In this document: positions 32,806-43,885 of the stretch, piece by piece
Layout: each line of letters begins with the position of its first letter
Position numbering within the stretch: the stretch's first letter is position 1
DNA from: an uncultured delta proteobacterium
GTDB lineage: Bacteria > Desulfobacterota > Desulfobacteria > Desulfobacterales > B30-G6
Reading direction: 5' to 3'
Length of the DNA: 64,000 bases
NCBI GenBank assembly: GCA_963823335.1
Contig: CAWGLD010000003.1
Coordinates: 1 to 64,000 of the forward strand
The notes under the pieces: generated by a model
Database searches by the model: none
The model's input: only the letters and a program-made list of their open reading frames with translations
What the model was told of the DNA's origin: nothing
Position numbers and translations under genes: made by a program

Positions 32806-33174
32806 ATGATTCAGGCGGAAACAAAACTGACCGCAGCGGACAACTCAGGCGCCAGGGTTCTTTACTGTATTAAAGTTCTTGGTGGATCCAGAAGGCGGTA
32901 TGCTAGTATTGGCGATATTATTGTCGTTTCGGTCAAGGAAGCCATCCCCAATGCAAAGGTCAAAAAGGGCGATGTTCTCAAGGCAGTTGTTGTCCGTACG
33001 AAAAAGGAAATCAGAAGACCGGACGGGTCTTTTATTCGATTTGATGATAACTCAGCGGTTTTGATTAACGCACAGAAAGAACCAATCGGTACACGTATAT
33101 TCGGTCCGGTTGCGAGAGAATTACGTGCCAAACGATTTATGAAAATCGTTTCTTTGGCACCTGAGGTTCTATAA
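32806..33174 (+). CDS. rplN: 50S ribosomal protein L14
   Basis: ADNSGA and [12 protein letters not shown]. Confidence 0.98.
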   Translation: MIQAETKLTAADNSGARVLYCIKVLGGSRRRYASIGDIIVVSVKEAIPNAKVKKGDVLKAVVVRTKKEIRRPDGSFIRFDDNSAVLINAQKEPIGTRIFGPVARELRAKRFMKIVSLAPEVL

Positions 33175-33200
33175 TCCGATCGGCCTGTGGAGACGAGGAT

Positions 33201-33530
33201 ATGTTAAGAGACAAGTGTCACATAAAAAAAGATGACAAGGTAAAAGTCATCACCGGTAAAGACAAAGGCAAAATTGGGAAAGTGTTGAAAGTCGATAGGA
33301 AGAAGGATCGAATCCTTGTCGAGAACATTAACGTCGTCAAGCGACATACCCGTCCAACCGCTAAAAACCGTCAGGGCGGTATCGTTGAAAGTGAAGCAAC
33401 TGTGCCGTGGTCGAATGTGATGCTGATGTGCAGCAAATGCCTCAGCCCGGTTCGTATCCAGATGCGACAACTGGATGATGGAAAAAAAGTACGTTCATGC
33501 AGAAAATGCAGTGAAATCATAGATGCATAA
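33201..33530 (+). CDS. rplX: 50S ribosomal protein L24
   Basis: KOW motif [11 protein letters not shown]. Confidence 0.97.
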   Translation: MLRDKCHIKKDDKVKVITGKDKGKIGKVLKVDRKKDRILVENINVVKRHTRPTAKNRQGGIVESEATVPWSNVMLMCSKCLSPVRIQMRQLDDGKKVRSCRKCSEIIDA

Positions 33531-33624
33531 CCCGGTATCCTATTCAGTTTCTGATTAAATCGCTATGGTGAACATTTCAGATGCTTGAACCAAACAGGGA
33601 GATCCAAGGTCGAGGAAAACTTAA

Positions 33625-34164
33625 ATGTCACAGATGAAAGAATATTACGAAAAAGAAGTTGTGCCGGCCCTGCTCGACACCTTTAAATACAGCAATATCA
33701 TGCAGGTACCCAAGCTGGAAAAAGTGGTCCTGAACATTGGAATGGGAGAGGCGATTCAAAATATCAAAGTCCTCGATTCCGCTGTAGAAGAACTCACAGC
33801 AGTCGCCGGTCAGCGACCGGTTATAACACGGGCAAAAAAATCGATTGCTGCCTTTAAGCTTAGAACCGGTATGCCGATTGGCTGTATGGTGACCCTCCGC
33901 AAACAACGCATGTTTGATTTCCTGAACAAACTTGTCAATATCGCATTGCCACGTGTCCGTGATTTCAGAGGCGTTTCGGGGAAAGCCATGGATGGCCGGG
34001 GCAATTATTCCCTGGGTATCAAGGAACAGATCATATTCCCTGAAATCGATTACGACAAGATCGACAAAATCAAGGGGATGAACATCACCATCGTTACAAC
34101 AGCAAAAACAGATAAAGAAGGGAAAGAGCTTCTCAAAAAGCTCGGCATGCCTTTTAAAAATTAG
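33625..34164 (+). CDS. rplE: 50S ribosomal protein L5
   Basis: LPRVRDFRG and IIFPEIDYD. Confidence 0.98.
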   Translation: MSQMKEYYEKEVVPALLDTFKYSNIMQVPKLEKVVLNIGMGEAIQNIKVLDSAVEELTAVAGQRPVITRAKKSIAAFKLRTGMPIGCMVTLRKQRMFDFLNKLVNIALPRVRDFRGVSGKAMDGRGNYSLGIKEQIIFPEIDYDKIDKIKGMNITIVTTAKTDKEGKELLKKLGMPFKN

Positions 34165-34221
34165 GCCTTGACTGATTCGGTTCAAAACCCGGATCAAAAG
34201 TGAATGACGAGGGAGGACGAT

Positions 34222-34407
34222 TTGGCAAAAACAGCGCTAAGAAATAAAGCAGCCGCAAAACCGAAGTTCAAGGTAAGGGCGTATAACAGATGCCCTATTT
34301 GTGGCAGACCCCGAGCTTTTCTTCGGAAATTTGGTGTCTGCAGAATCTGTTTTCGTGACTTTGCATCACAGGGAAAACTTCCAGGTGTTGTTAAGTCGAG
34401 CTGGTAA
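34222..34407 (+). CDS. rpsN: 30S ribosomal protein S14 (type Z, zinc-binding)
   Basis: TTG start after [20 protein letters not shown]. Confidence 0.96.
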   Translation: MAKTALRNKAAAKPKFKVRAYNRCPICGRPRAFLRKFGVCRICFRDFASQGKLPGVVKSSW

Positions 34408-34492
34408 ATAGAACGGTTTCGGTGGTGGACATCGGAATCTTCGGTTTCAATGAGCACGCAGCTTGATGGGTTAAAAGAGATAGGAGAAGACA

Positions 34493-34891
34493 ATGGCGAT
34501 GAGCGATCCAATTGCCGACATGCTGACCAGGGTCCGGAATGCCGGCAAGGCAAAGTTCAACAGTGTGGACATACCTGGTTCCAAGATGAAATTCGAATTG
34601 GCAAAATTACTGAAAGACGAAGGCTATATCCGCAACTATAAATTCATTAAGGACAACAAGCAGGGTATCCTGCGGATATACTTGAAATATGACGACAAAC
34701 AGGCACACTCGATTCTTCGCATAGACCGTGTCAGTAAACCGAGTAAAAGAGTCTACATGAAGGGCAAGGACATCAAGCCGGTTTACAATGGACTGGGAAT
34801 TGCCGTTTTATCGACGTCCAAAGGGATTATGACGGATAAACATGCCAGAGAGAATAATATTGGCGGAGAGATTATCTGCAATGTCTGGTAA
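34493..34891 (+). CDS. rpsH: 30S ribosomal protein S8
   Basis: DPIADMLTRVRN and STSKGIMT. Confidence 0.98.
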   Translation: MAMSDPIADMLTRVRNAGKAKFNSVDIPGSKMKFELAKLLKDEGYIRNYKFIKDNKQGILRIYLKYDDKQAHSILRIDRVSKPSKRVYMKGKDIKPVYNGLGIAVLSTSKGIMTDKHARENNIGGEIICNVW

Positions 34892-34971
34892 TCGTTGTTA
34901 TGATAAAAGAGTTCTATCCAAGGACGTTAACGAAGTCTCATAAAATGTTAGGTGACAGTGGAGGTTAACCC

Positions 34972-35511
34972 ATGTCTCGAGTTGGGAAAAAACCGATTCC
35001 GGTTCCAGATAAAGCAAAAATCAGTTACAAGGACAAAGTGCTGACCGTTCAGAGTGACAAGGGAAGCCTTACAAGACAAATCCATCAGGCCATTGACCTG
35101 GAGATTACCGACAGTGTCATTCATGTCACGATGCTCAATGAAAGCAGAGAGAATAGGGCATTACAGGGTTTGACCAGAAGCCTTGTGGCCAACATGGTGA
35201 CGGGAGTCAGCACTGGTTTCGAGAGAGTTCTTGAAATCAATGGCATCGGCTACCGAGCCGAGCTGAAGGGAAAAAGCATTGTTTTTAATCTTGGATATTC
35301 AAATCCGATAACGTTTGATCTGCCCGATGGCGTATCAGCCACATCGGAAAAGAACAACATCGTCAAGCTTTCTGCCATTGACAAGGAACTCTTAGGACGA
35401 ACCGCTGCCTCAATCCGGCAGTTGAGACCACCCGAACCTTACAAGGGCAAGGGTATCAAGTATGCAGAAGAGTATGTTCAGCGAAAAGCTGGGAAAACCG
35501 GAACCAAATAA
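34972..35511 (+). CDS. rplF: 50S ribosomal protein L6
   Basis: MSRVGKKP and PEPYKGKGI. Confidence 0.98.
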   Translation: MSRVGKKPIPVPDKAKISYKDKVLTVQSDKGSLTRQIHQAIDLEITDSVIHVTMLNESRENRALQGLTRSLVANMVTGVSTGFERVLEINGIGYRAELKGKSIVFNLGYSNPITFDLPDGVSATSEKNNIVKLSAIDKELLGRTAASIRQLRPPEPYKGKGIKYAEEYVQRKAGKTGTK

Positions 35512-35535
35512 CAAAAAATGACTTAGGATGATAAA

Positions 35536-35904
35536 ATGGGCGCAACAAATCCAAGCAAATTATCATGGTTGAAAAGAAAAAAGCGGATCCGAAAACATCT
35601 GAGCGGTACGGATCAGATGCCGCGTATGAGTGTATTCCGAAGCTCCAAACATATTTATGCGCAGCTGATTGATGATGTCAGTGGATGTACGCTGGTGGCT
35701 GCGAGCAGTATGGAAAAAGTGGTCAAGGATCAGCCAAAATTTGAAAGCAAGATTGCAGTGGCAGAACATATCGGCAAGGTTCTGGGAGAGAGAGCGATCC
35801 AGAAAGGCGTAAAAAAGGTCGTATTTGACCGGAACGGATTTAAATATCACGGCCGCGTAAAAGCTGTTTCAAAAGGTGCCAGAGATGCAGGGCTGGTTTT
35901 CTAA
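35536..35904 (+). CDS. rplR: 50S ribosomal protein L18
   Basis: FRSSKHIYAQ and FDRNGFKYHGRV. Confidence 0.97.
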   Translation: MGATNPSKLSWLKRKKRIRKHLSGTDQMPRMSVFRSSKHIYAQLIDDVSGCTLVAASSMEKVVKDQPKFESKIAVAEHIGKVLGERAIQKGVKKVVFDRNGFKYHGRVKAVSKGARDAGLVF

Positions 35905-35935
35905 AGAAGCCATTTCAAGGTAAGGAGGCGAACTC

Positions 35936-36430
35936 TTGTTCAGACAAGATAAGGAAGAAAACGAATTAATTGACAAGGTTGTTCATATCAACCGTGTAGC
36001 CAAGGTTGTCAAGGGCGGACGTAGGTTCAGTTTCAGTGCCATTGTCGTTGTTGGCGATGGTGATGGACATGTCGGGTATGGCCTTGGAAAGGCCGGGGAA
36101 GTTCCTGAAGCCATACGGAAAGGTGTCGAAAAGGCCAAAAAGAATATGTCCCAGGTGGCGCTGATTGAAGGAACAATTCCTTTTCGGGTTGTGGGAAGGT
36201 ACGGTGCCGGCAGGGTTCTGTTAGCTCCCGCGTCCAAAGGTACCGGTGTTATCGCGGGCGGTGCGGTTCGGGCTGTTCTGGAGGCCGCCGGCGTGCAGAA
36301 TATTCTTACCAAGTGTCTGGGCTCTCACAATCCCCACAATATTGTCAAAGCGACAATCGAGGGACTTCAACAGCTCCAAACCCGTGAGCAGGTAGCTGCC
36401 AGGCGGGGAATTTCTGTGCAAGATTTATAA
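35936..36430 (+). CDS. rpsE: 30S ribosomal protein S5
   Basis: TTG start; [14 protein letters not shown]. Confidence 0.98.
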   Translation: MFRQDKEENELIDKVVHINRVAKVVKGGRRFSFSAIVVVGDGDGHVGYGLGKAGEVPEAIRKGVEKAKKNMSQVALIEGTIPFRVVGRYGAGRVLLAPASKGTGVIAGGAVRAVLEAAGVQNILTKCLGSHNPHNIVKATIEGLQQLQTREQVAARRGISVQDL

Positions 36431-36445
36431 ATCGAGGAATAATTC

Positions 36446-36643
36446 ATGGTTGAGAAATTGAATATAACGCTGGTTAAAAGCATGATAGGCAGACCCGAAA
36501 AACACCGCAAGGTGTTGAAGGGGATGGGGCTCAGAAAAATGCACAAAACGGTTCAGCTTGAGGACACACCCTCCATTCGAGGAATGATCAATGCGGTTTC
36601 ACATTTAGTCAAGGTTGAGGAGAACAGCGATGAGATTAAATGA
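36446..36643 (+). CDS. rpmD: 50S ribosomal protein L30
   Basis: ITLVKSMIG and DTPSIRGMI. Confidence 0.96.
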   Translation: MVEKLNITLVKSMIGRPEKHRKVLKGMGLRKMHKTVQLEDTPSIRGMINAVSHLVKVEENSDEIK

Positions 36644-37070
36644 ACTCTCTCCGGCAGCCGGATCGAAAAAATCCAAGAATAGAAAAGGCCGGGGTGTAGG
36701 ATCCGGAAACGGAAAGACTGCTGGACGAGGCTCAAAAGGACTTAACAGTCGTTCAGGTGGTGGTGTCAGGCCCGGATACGAAGGTGGCCAGATGCCGATT
36801 CACAGAAGGCTTCCCAAACGCGGATTCACCAATATTTTCAGCAAGAAAATCGTAACGATAAACATTCGGGATCTAAAACGGTTTGAAAGCGGCAGTGTGG
36901 TGGATGAAACTGTTCTGGTAGGTTGCGGCCTCGTGAAGGGTGCGCGGGACGGTATAAAACTTCTGGGCCACGGAGACATCGATTATCCGTTGACCGTCAA
37001 GGTGAACACCGTAAGTAGAAATGCAAAACAGAAAATCGAAGCTGCGGGCGGAAACGTAGAGGTTGTATAA
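36630..37070 (+). CDS. rplO: 50S ribosomal protein L15
   Basis: [15 protein letters not shown] and EGGQMP. Confidence 0.97.
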   Translation: MRLNELSPAAGSKKSKNRKGRGVGSGNGKTAGRGSKGLNSRSGGGVRPGYEGGQMPIHRRLPKRGFTNIFSKKIVTINIRDLKRFESGSVVDETVLVGCGLVKGARDGIKLLGHGDIDYPLTVKVNTVSRNAKQKIEAAGGNVEVV

Positions 37071-38380
37071 TGATAGGTAGCGGATTCCAGAACATATTCA
37101 AAATCCCAGAGCTTAAAAAGCGTATCTTCTATACACTGGCGCTTCTAACGGTTTACCGGATTGGTGTGCATGTACCTACACCCGGGATTGATACCGTTGC
37201 GCTGGCCTCCTTTTTTGCCAAAGCTCAAGGAACCCTCCTTGGTTTGTTTGACATGTTTTCCGGCGGGGCTCTGGAGCGGTTATCTGTTTTTGCTCTGGGT
37301 ATTATGCCGTACATCAGCGCATCCATTATTTTACAACTTCTGACCGTCGTGGTTCCGCATCTTGAGCGTCTTTCCAAGGAAGGTGAACAAGGACGCAAAA
37401 AAATCACGCAGTACACGCGTTACGGAACGGTTGTCTTGAGTATCATTCAGGGGTTCGGTATCAGTGTGGGACTAGAAAGCATGGCCTCTCCGGGCGGGGC
37501 ACAGGTTGTCATAGATCCGGGGTGGAGTTTTCGGCTTATGACGGTCATTACCCTGACTTCTGGAACCGCCTTTATTATGTGGCTGGGTGAACAGATCACT
37601 GAACGCGGTATTGGTAACGGTATTTCGCTTATTATCTTTGCCGGTATTGTTGCCAGAATGCCTACCGCCATTGCCAATACCTTCCGGCTGATATCAACCG
37701 GTGAAATGGGGATTTTCGCGGTCCTGCTGATCGTTGTTTTGATGATCGCGGTTGTCGGCTTCATCATTTTTGTTGAACAGGGGCAACGCCGGATTCCGGT
37801 ACAGTACGCAAAGCGGGTCGTGGGTCGCCGGATGTATGGTGGACAGAGTACGCATCTACCGCTCAAGATCAATACAGCCGGGGTCATACCGGCCATTTTT
37901 GCCTCATCCATCATCATGTTTCCAGCGACCATAGCCAGCTTTATCGCCATTCCATGGGTAAAGAGCATTGCGAACTCCATGCAACCCGGGAATTGGTTAT
38001 ACCAACTGCTTTTTGTCGGTTTTATCTTTTTCTTCTGCTATTTTTATACAGCGGTCACATTCAACCCGGTGGATGTCGCGGATAACATGAAAAAACAGGG
38101 CGGCTATATTCCTGGTATCCGACCTGGAAAACGTACTGCAGATTATATCGATAGAGTTCTTACCCGCATTACCTTGGGGGGTGCGATTTACGTGTCGGCG
38201 GTGTGTGTGTTGCCTTCCATACTGATTTCCAAGTTCAATGTGCCTTTTTATTTTGGTGGAACGGCGCTCCTGATTGTTGTCGGCGTGGCTATCGATACCA
38301 TATCGCAAATCGAGTCTCATATGCTTACGCGCCACTATGAAGGTTTCTTAAAAAAGGGCGGTATCAAAGGCAGGCGATAG
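37070..38380 (+). CDS. secY: Preprotein translocase subunit SecY
   Basis: [23 protein letters not shown] and IPGIRPG. Confidence 0.99.
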   Translation: MIGSGFQNIFKIPELKKRIFYTLALLTVYRIGVHVPTPGIDTVALASFFAKAQGTLLGLFDMFSGGALERLSVFALGIMPYISASIILQLLTVVVPHLERLSKEGEQGRKKITQYTRYGTVVLSIIQGFGISVGLESMASPGGAQVVIDPGWSFRLMTVITLTSGTAFIMWLGEQITERGIGNGISLIIFAGIVARMPTAIANTFRLISTGEMGIFAVLLIVVLMIAVVGFIIFVEQGQRRIPVQYAKRVVGRRMYGGQSTHLPLKINTAGVIPAIFASSIIMFPATIASFIAIPWVKSIANSMQPGNWLYQLLFVGFIFFFCYFYTAVTFNPVDVADNMKKQGGYIPGIRPGKRTADYIDRVLTRITLGGAIYVSAVCVLPSILISKFNVPFYFGGTALLIVVGVAIDTISQIESHMLTRHYEGFLKKGGIKGRR

Positions 38381-38417
38381 AAAGACCCATCAGTCAATGA
38401 AAAAAGGATGAAATAAA

Positions 38418-38636
38418 ATGCCGAAGGAAGAGGCAATCAAAGTTGAGGGCGTTGTGCTTGAGACCTTGCCGAATGCGATGTTCAAGGTCGAACTTGAAAA
38501 CAAACACCAGGTTCTGGCCCATATTTCAGGAAAGATGCGCATGCATTTCATTAAGATTCTGCCCGGTGACACGGTGACGGTGGAACTTTCACCTTACGAC
38601 CTGACACGGGGTAGAATTACATATCGGTCCAAGTGA
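38418..38636 (+). CDS. infA: Translation initiation factor IF-1
   Basis: LPNAMFKV and [12 protein letters not shown]. Confidence 0.98.
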   Translation: MPKEEAIKVEGVVLETLPNAMFKVELENKHQVLAHISGKMRMHFIKILPGDTVTVELSPYDLTRGRITYRSK

Positions 38637-38723
38637 TGGGCTTGACTGCGGATGGAACAATTTAACAGCAACGCGACAATAATCCGCATGGGTTATATTG
38701 AAAGAGAATAAGGAGATGCACAC

Positions 38724-38837
38724 ATGAAAGTCAGGGCATCGGTAAAAAAGATGTGCAATAATTGCAAAATCATTCGTCGGAAAGGTGTCGTGCGCGTTAT
38801 TTGTACGAACAAACGGCATAAACAGAGGCAAGGATAG
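38724..38837 (+). CDS. rpmJ: 50S ribosomal protein L36
   Basis: [37 protein letters not shown] after AAGGAG. Confidence 0.97.
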   Translation: MKVRASVKKMCNNCKIIRRKGVVRVICTNKRHKQRQG

Positions 38838-38850
38838 AGGAGGATAGGCT

Positions 38851-39234
38851 TTGGCACGAATTGCTGGCGTAGATTTACCTAGAGGTAAACGTATAGAAAT
38901 TGGCCTTACATATATTTATGGCATAGGCAGGACCACATCGAGCAGGATCTTATCCCAGCTGAACATTAGTCCGGATACTAAAACCGATAGTCTGTCAGAA
39001 TCTGAAATAAATAGTATTCGAAAGGTCATAGACAATGAGCTTAAGGTAGAAGGAACACTGCGAACCGAAGTTTCCATGAATATAAAACGACTCATGGATC
39101 TGGGTTGTTACCGTGGCCTCCGCCATAGGAAATCATTGCCGGTTCACGGACAGCGGACTAGTACGAATGCGAGGACACGTAAGGGGCCTAAACGCTCTGC
39201 TGTCAAGAAAAAAGGTGGCGTCAAGAAAAGTTAA
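38851..39234 (+). CDS. rpsM: 30S ribosomal protein S13
   Basis: TTG start; ARIAGVDLP and YRGLRH. Confidence 0.98.
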   Translation: MARIAGVDLPRGKRIEIGLTYIYGIGRTTSSRILSQLNISPDTKTDSLSESEINSIRKVIDNELKVEGTLRTEVSMNIKRLMDLGCYRGLRHRKSLPVHGQRTSTNARTRKGPKRSAVKKKGGVKKS

Positions 39235-39271
39235 TAACACGCAACAAATAGAATAAACAGGGAAAATATAT

Positions 39272-39658
39272 ATGCCGAGAAAAACCCGAACAAAAAAGAA
39301 AGAGAAGAAAAATATCTCCAGCGGTGTTGTTCATATTCAGTCGACATTCAACAACACCATCGTAACAATCACGGATCAGGGCGGTAACGTGGTTGCCTGG
39401 TCAAGTGCCGGAGTTCATGGTTTCAAGGGATCTCGGAAGAGTACGCCTTTTGCCGCACAACTTACAGCTGAAGATGCCGCGAAAAAAGCCATGGAGCATG
39501 GCATGCGAAGCGTTGAAGTTTATGTAAAAGGACCTGGTGCAGGCCGGGAGTCGGCATTGCGATCACTTCAGGCTGCAGGATTTAATATTCTTTTAATAAA
39601 AGATGTGACGCCGATCCCCCACAATGGATGTCGTCCACCTAAAAGACGCCGGGTTTAA
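39272..39658 (+). CDS. rpsK: 30S ribosomal protein S11
   Basis: STFNNTIVT and [15 protein letters not shown]. Confidence 0.98.
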   Translation: MPRKTRTKKKEKKNISSGVVHIQSTFNNTIVTITDQGGNVVAWSSAGVHGFKGSRKSTPFAAQLTAEDAAKKAMEHGMRSVEVYVKGPGAGRESALRSLQAAGFNILLIKDVTPIPHNGCRPPKRRRV

Positions 39659-39765
39659 AAATAGATATCTGTGTATACAGATATCATAAGTACGGTCTAA
39701 TAATTTGAACCATTTTGAAAAAATCAAAACTGGTTCGATTTAGCCAAATAATAAAGGAGGATGAT

Positions 39766-40395
39766 TTGGCACGATATTGCGGAGCAGTCTGCAGGATATG
39801 CAGACGAGAAAACTTGAAATTGTTTCTTAAGGGTGACCGCTGTTACTCAGATAAATGTGCCTTTGACCGAAGGGGGTACGCCCCTGGTGAGCATGGTCAG
39901 CGGCGGAGAGGCAAAACATCAGACTATGGTATCCAGCTGCGTGAAAAACAGAAAGTGAAACGTATGTACGGTCTTTCCGAAAAACAGTTTCACTTATTTT
40001 TCGGCAGAGCCGATCATCAGAAAGGTATCACAGGTACCAATCTGCTCGTTTCACTCGAGCGCAGATTCGATAATGTTGTTTACCGTCTGGGGCTGGTGAA
40101 TTCAAGAACACAGGGTCGCCATTTTGTTCGTCACAACCATTTCCTCGTGAATGGGAAAAAGGTTAACATTCCTTCATATTTGCTGAATGTTGGCGATGTT
40201 ATTGAAGTCAGGGAAAAGAGTAAAAACATTCAAGCGATTAATGATTCCATGGATGCGGTTGTCCGGAGAGGACTTCCCCAGTGGCTCGATCTGGAAAAAG
40301 AAAATCTTAAAGGAACGATAAAAGGATTTCCTGTTCGGGAAGACATTACCATGCCCATACAGGAACAGCTTATCGTAGAGCTCTACTCCAAATAA
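39766..40395 (+). CDS. rpsD: 30S ribosomal protein S4 (zinc-binding form)
   Basis: TTG start after AAGGAGG; CRICRRE, LREKQK and LIVELYSK. Confidence 0.97.
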   Translation: MARYCGAVCRICRRENLKLFLKGDRCYSDKCAFDRRGYAPGEHGQRRRGKTSDYGIQLREKQKVKRMYGLSEKQFHLFFGRADHQKGITGTNLLVSLERRFDNVVYRLGLVNSRTQGRHFVRHNHFLVNGKKVNIPSYLLNVGDVIEVREKSKNIQAINDSMDAVVRRGLPQWLDLEKENLKGTIKGFPVREDITMPIQEQLIVELYSK

Positions 40396-40630
40396 GATCG
40401 CAGAAACGATTTTATAAAACGCGATATTATCGCAAATCGGCGAAAGGCTAAAATTCTGTTCATGCAATTCCCCTGAATCTATAAAAGTGGAATTGCGGCG
40501 TGTTTCCTTCGGTCTTAAAGGCCGAAGTATCACACTTTTATTCTGATAAGGTTCTTAATTTAATTTGGTTTTAGCCGGCACTGGAAGCAGCGGGGTAACA
40601 ATCGAATTTCAAGATAATCTGGAGAAAAAA

Positions 40631-41650
40631 ATGACTTCAAGTGACATTATGTTCATGAACTGGCAGGCGATGATAAAGCCTAAAAAGGTTGAGGTAAACA
40701 GTACACCTTCCTACGGTAAGTTTGTCTGTGAGCCTCTGGAAAGGGGATTCGGAATAACCATCGGCAACTCATTGAGACGAATCATTCTTTCATCCCTTCA
40801 TGGCGCCGCCATTGTATCGGTAAAATTCGAATCCGTCATGCACGAGTTTACGACCATTCCAGGCGTTCTTGAGGATATTACTGAAATCATTTTGAATCTA
40901 AAGGAAGTGCGCTTGAAAATGGCCGGAACGAAGCCCAGGACCATCTCCATCGATGCCAAGGGCAAGGGAACGGTGACGGCCGGCGATATCACCAGCGACG
41001 ACGGCAAGGTCGAAGTTCTCAATGTGGATCATCACATTGCAACTTTGTCTGAAAAGAGCGAGTTGAAGATGACCATGACGGTTAACATTGGCAAAGGATA
41101 TTCCCTGGCTGAATCAAATAAGGATGAGGAAGCACCTGTTGGAACCATCCCTATCGATGCAGTGTTCTCACCGGTCAAACGTGTCAATTACGTTGTTGGC
41201 AATGCACGGGTAGGCCAACGAACTGATTATGATAAACTAACCCTGGAAGTCTGGACAGACGGCAGCGTCATCCCGGAAGATGCTGTGGCTTATGCTGCAA
41301 AAATATTCAAGGAGCAGATGGCGATTTTCATCAATTTCGATGAGGATCTTGAGCCGGATCCGGACGAGTTGTCAGAAGAGCAGCAGAAACCCAAGTTCAA
41401 CGAAAATCTCTATCGTAGCGTCGAAGAGCTTGAACTGTCCGTACGCAGTGCCAATTGTTTGAAAAATGCGGAGATATTGAAACTTTACCAGCTTGTGCAG
41501 AAATCTGAAGCTGAAATGCTGAAAACGAAGAATTTTGGCAGAAAGTCCTTGAATGAAATAAAAGAAGTGTTGACCGAGATGGGGCTTTCCTTGGGAACGA
41601 AGCTGGAAGGGTTTGTTCCTCCTGCGGAAGATGAAGAGGAAGGAGATTAA
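40631..41650 (+). CDS. rpoA: RNA polymerase alpha subunit
   Basis: [28 protein letters not shown] and [10 protein letters not shown]. Confidence 0.98.
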   Translation: MTSSDIMFMNWQAMIKPKKVEVNSTPSYGKFVCEPLERGFGITIGNSLRRIILSSLHGAAIVSVKFESVMHEFTTIPGVLEDITEIILNLKEVRLKMAGTKPRTISIDAKGKGTVTAGDITSDDGKVEVLNVDHHIATLSEKSELKMTMTVNIGKGYSLAESNKDEEAPVGTIPIDAVFSPVKRVNYVVGNARVGQRTDYDKLTLEVWTDGSVIPEDAVAYAAKIFKEQMAIFINFDEDLEPDPDELSEEQQKPKFNENLYRSVEELELSVRSANCLKNAEILKLYQLVQKSEAEMLKTKNFGRKSLNEIKEVLTEMGLSLGTKLEGFVPPAEDEEEGD

Positions 41651-41658
41651 ACAGTAAA

Positions 41659-42333
41659 ATGAGACATCGAAAATCAGGCGTAAAGCTTAATATGACGAGC
41701 AGTCACAAGAATGCAATGTTTCGAAACATGGTGACCTCCTTGTTCAAATATGATCGTATTCAAACCACAGATACCAAGGCAAAGGAACTGCGGCGCTGGG
41801 CTGATCATATCATCACATTGGCCAAGAGGGGTGATCTGCATGCCCGAAGACAAGCCATGTCCATCGTGCGTGAAAAGGATGTTGTCCACAAGGTTTTTGA
41901 AGAGGCGCCCAAGCGTTTTGCATCTGTTTCCGGTGGATACACGCGTATCATCAAGATCGGGAGACGGCCCGGTGACGCTGCTCCGGTTTCTCTGATCGAG
42001 CTGGTTTCACCAGAGCCCCCGAAAAAGAAAACCGCCAAAAAAACAAAAACAACGACACCCAAGAAGACAGCTCCCAAGAAGAAGGCTGAAAAGAAACCAG
42101 AAGACCCCAAAACTGAAGCAGATACACCCGACGCCACAAAGGTAACGGCCGACTCTGTTGAGGAAGCGCAGGTGTCTTCCAAGACTGCCGCACAAGAAAC
42201 CACGGCAGACCAGCCCAAGGAAACCGCTGGAGTGCGGTGCAGAAAAAAGCAGCCCCGGCAAAGACTGAATCTGAAGCCAACGGCTCCGGCCGGTGGAGAT
42301 AAGAAGACTGAGGACGCCGAGAAAAAAGAATAA
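41659..42333 (+). CDS. rplQ: 50S ribosomal protein L17 with long low-complexity C-terminal tail
   Basis: MRHRK, GGYTRIIK and RPGDAA, then ~105 aa rich in K/T/A/E/P. Confidence 0.95.
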   Translation: MRHRKSGVKLNMTSSHKNAMFRNMVTSLFKYDRIQTTDTKAKELRRWADHIITLAKRGDLHARRQAMSIVREKDVVHKVFEEAPKRFASVSGGYTRIIKIGRRPGDAAPVSLIELVSPEPPKKKTAKKTKTTTPKKTAPKKKAEKKPEDPKTEADTPDATKVTADSVEEAQVSSKTAAQETTADQPKETAGVRCRKKQPRQRLNLKPTAPAGGDKKTEDAEKKE

Positions 42334-42356
42334 GTCAAGCAAGCAAAATAGATGCT

Positions 42357-42390
42357 AAAAAGGCCCTGATGTCATGTCAGGGCCTTTTTT
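42357..42390 (+). terminator. Rho-independent terminator of the alpha operon
   Basis: AAAAAGGCCCTGA-tgtcatg-TCAGGGCCTTTTTT. Confidence 0.9.
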
Positions 42391-42719
42391 ATTTGCCGGG
42401 TTAAAATTCAAAAAAGAACTCAGACAGTTTCAGCGTCGCTCAGTGATCACCCATCGGCCTTGGAACGTTAGCTTTGTTTGGTTTAAAGGGTCTTAAAATT
42501 ATGGTTCTTTCGTCTCAGGATGTCAATCAATAATGAACCCGGCTGACAGGCAGACGAATCTTGCGAAATCAGGACGGGAGCATGGTATTTCATATAAACA
42601 TGCAACGATTTTATTCTTGACTATTCGTCCTTGTAGCTGTAATTTAGCTTCAAATCCGCTTTGGCAAATGAATGAAGTTTAGTTCACAAGATGACCCGTA
42701 CTGGAAAAAGGAGGCACAG

Positions 42720-43802
42720 ATGATTAAAAAACTATCCATAATTTTAACAATCTCTCTGGTCAGTCTAAGTTTCTTTTTGGGGATTGCGCTTGCCGCAGCA
42801 CCATCATTGGATACTTGGAAACCGGCTTTCGATCCGTCTGGAGCCAAGTACCGCTGTATCGTTTCCAATGTGTCCCACCCGGGTATCAAAGGGGCATATG
42901 TTGGATTTGCTATCCGCGATGAGCTATGGAAAAGAACCAATGGACAACTCTATGTCGATTATAAACCTTTTTCTATGCTGGGCGGTGAAGTGGAAGTTCT
43001 CAACCAATTGCAAATGGGAGCGATTCAGGGAATGGGTTGCAGCACAGTTGCGGCGCCAAATCTTGGGCCGAGATTCGGATTAATGAACCTCCCTTTTCTT
43101 ATTAACAACTTTGACATGTTAGACAAGTTTACGGATAGCGGTAAACTGTTTGAACATTTTTTAAATGCCGTGGATCATCAAGGTATCACGGCCATTGATA
43201 TTACCGCATACGGTAGTTATGGATGGGCTACGACTGACCCTGTCGATAGCTTATTAGGCATTAGAAAAGAAAAACTCAGAATAGCTGAAGCTCCTGTTAA
43301 TCAACTCACATATAAGTCATGGGGCTTAAATCCAATACCTATGCCATGGCCTGATGTTCCGGTTGCTCTAAAACAGGGTGTTATAACAGCGCTTGACCAT
43401 ACGCCGCTAGTTTGTCAATTAACCGGCAAGTTCGAGACAGTCAAAAACTATACACATGTTGAATATGCACAGGGCGCGTTTATCTGGATGTTTAACAAGG
43501 CATGGTTAAGCAGCCTGCCTGCTGATATGCAAAAAACATTTGTAGATGTCGTGCATGAAGTTTGTCAAACACTCCGCAAGGAGGCTAGAGGCCAGGAGGC
43601 CCAAATGATCGGCCTTGCCGAATCTAAAAATGGTGTCACTTTCCACACCCTTTCTGACGAAACATCAGCGCTTCTCAGGAGAAAAGGTGATGTGGTACAC
43701 CAGCAGTATGCTTCAGAAATTAATAAAATCTATCCTGGTGATAAATATAAACCGGATAATTTCTTAAAAGAAGTTCAAGAATATATGGGCTATAAGCCAT
43801 AA
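42720..43802 (+). CDS. dctP: TRAP transporter substrate-binding protein
   Basis: Signal peptide, LGGEVEVLNQLQMG, the conserved Arg in KLRIAE and PMPWPDVPVALKQG. Confidence 0.9.
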   Translation: MIKKLSIILTISLVSLSFFLGIALAAAPSLDTWKPAFDPSGAKYRCIVSNVSHPGIKGAYVGFAIRDELWKRTNGQLYVDYKPFSMLGGEVEVLNQLQMGAIQGMGCSTVAAPNLGPRFGLMNLPFLINNFDMLDKFTDSGKLFEHFLNAVDHQGITAIDITAYGSYGWATTDPVDSLLGIRKEKLRIAEAPVNQLTYKSWGLNPIPMPWPDVPVALKQGVITALDHTPLVCQLTGKFETVKNYTHVEYAQGAFIWMFNKAWLSSLPADMQKTFVDVVHEVCQTLRKEARGQEAQMIGLAESKNGVTFHTLSDETSALLRRKGDVVHQQYASEINKIYPGDKYKPDNFLKEVQEYMGYKP

Positions 43803-43820
43803 TTCCAGTTAATAGTTTGA

Positions 43821-43856
43821 AAACAGGGGTCCATTTTTCTATTTGGACCCCTGTTT
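43821..43856 (+). terminator. Hairpin after dctP (mRNA stabiliser or partial terminator)
   Basis: AAACAGGGGTCCA...TGGACCCCTGTTT. Confidence 0.6.
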
Positions 43857-43885
43857 AATTTGTAACACGCTTGGGAGATCATCTG

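Noticed and set aside
12861-40395. Zinc-binding (C+) forms of L33, S14, L36 and S4
   Set aside because: Ordinary for this group of bacteria.
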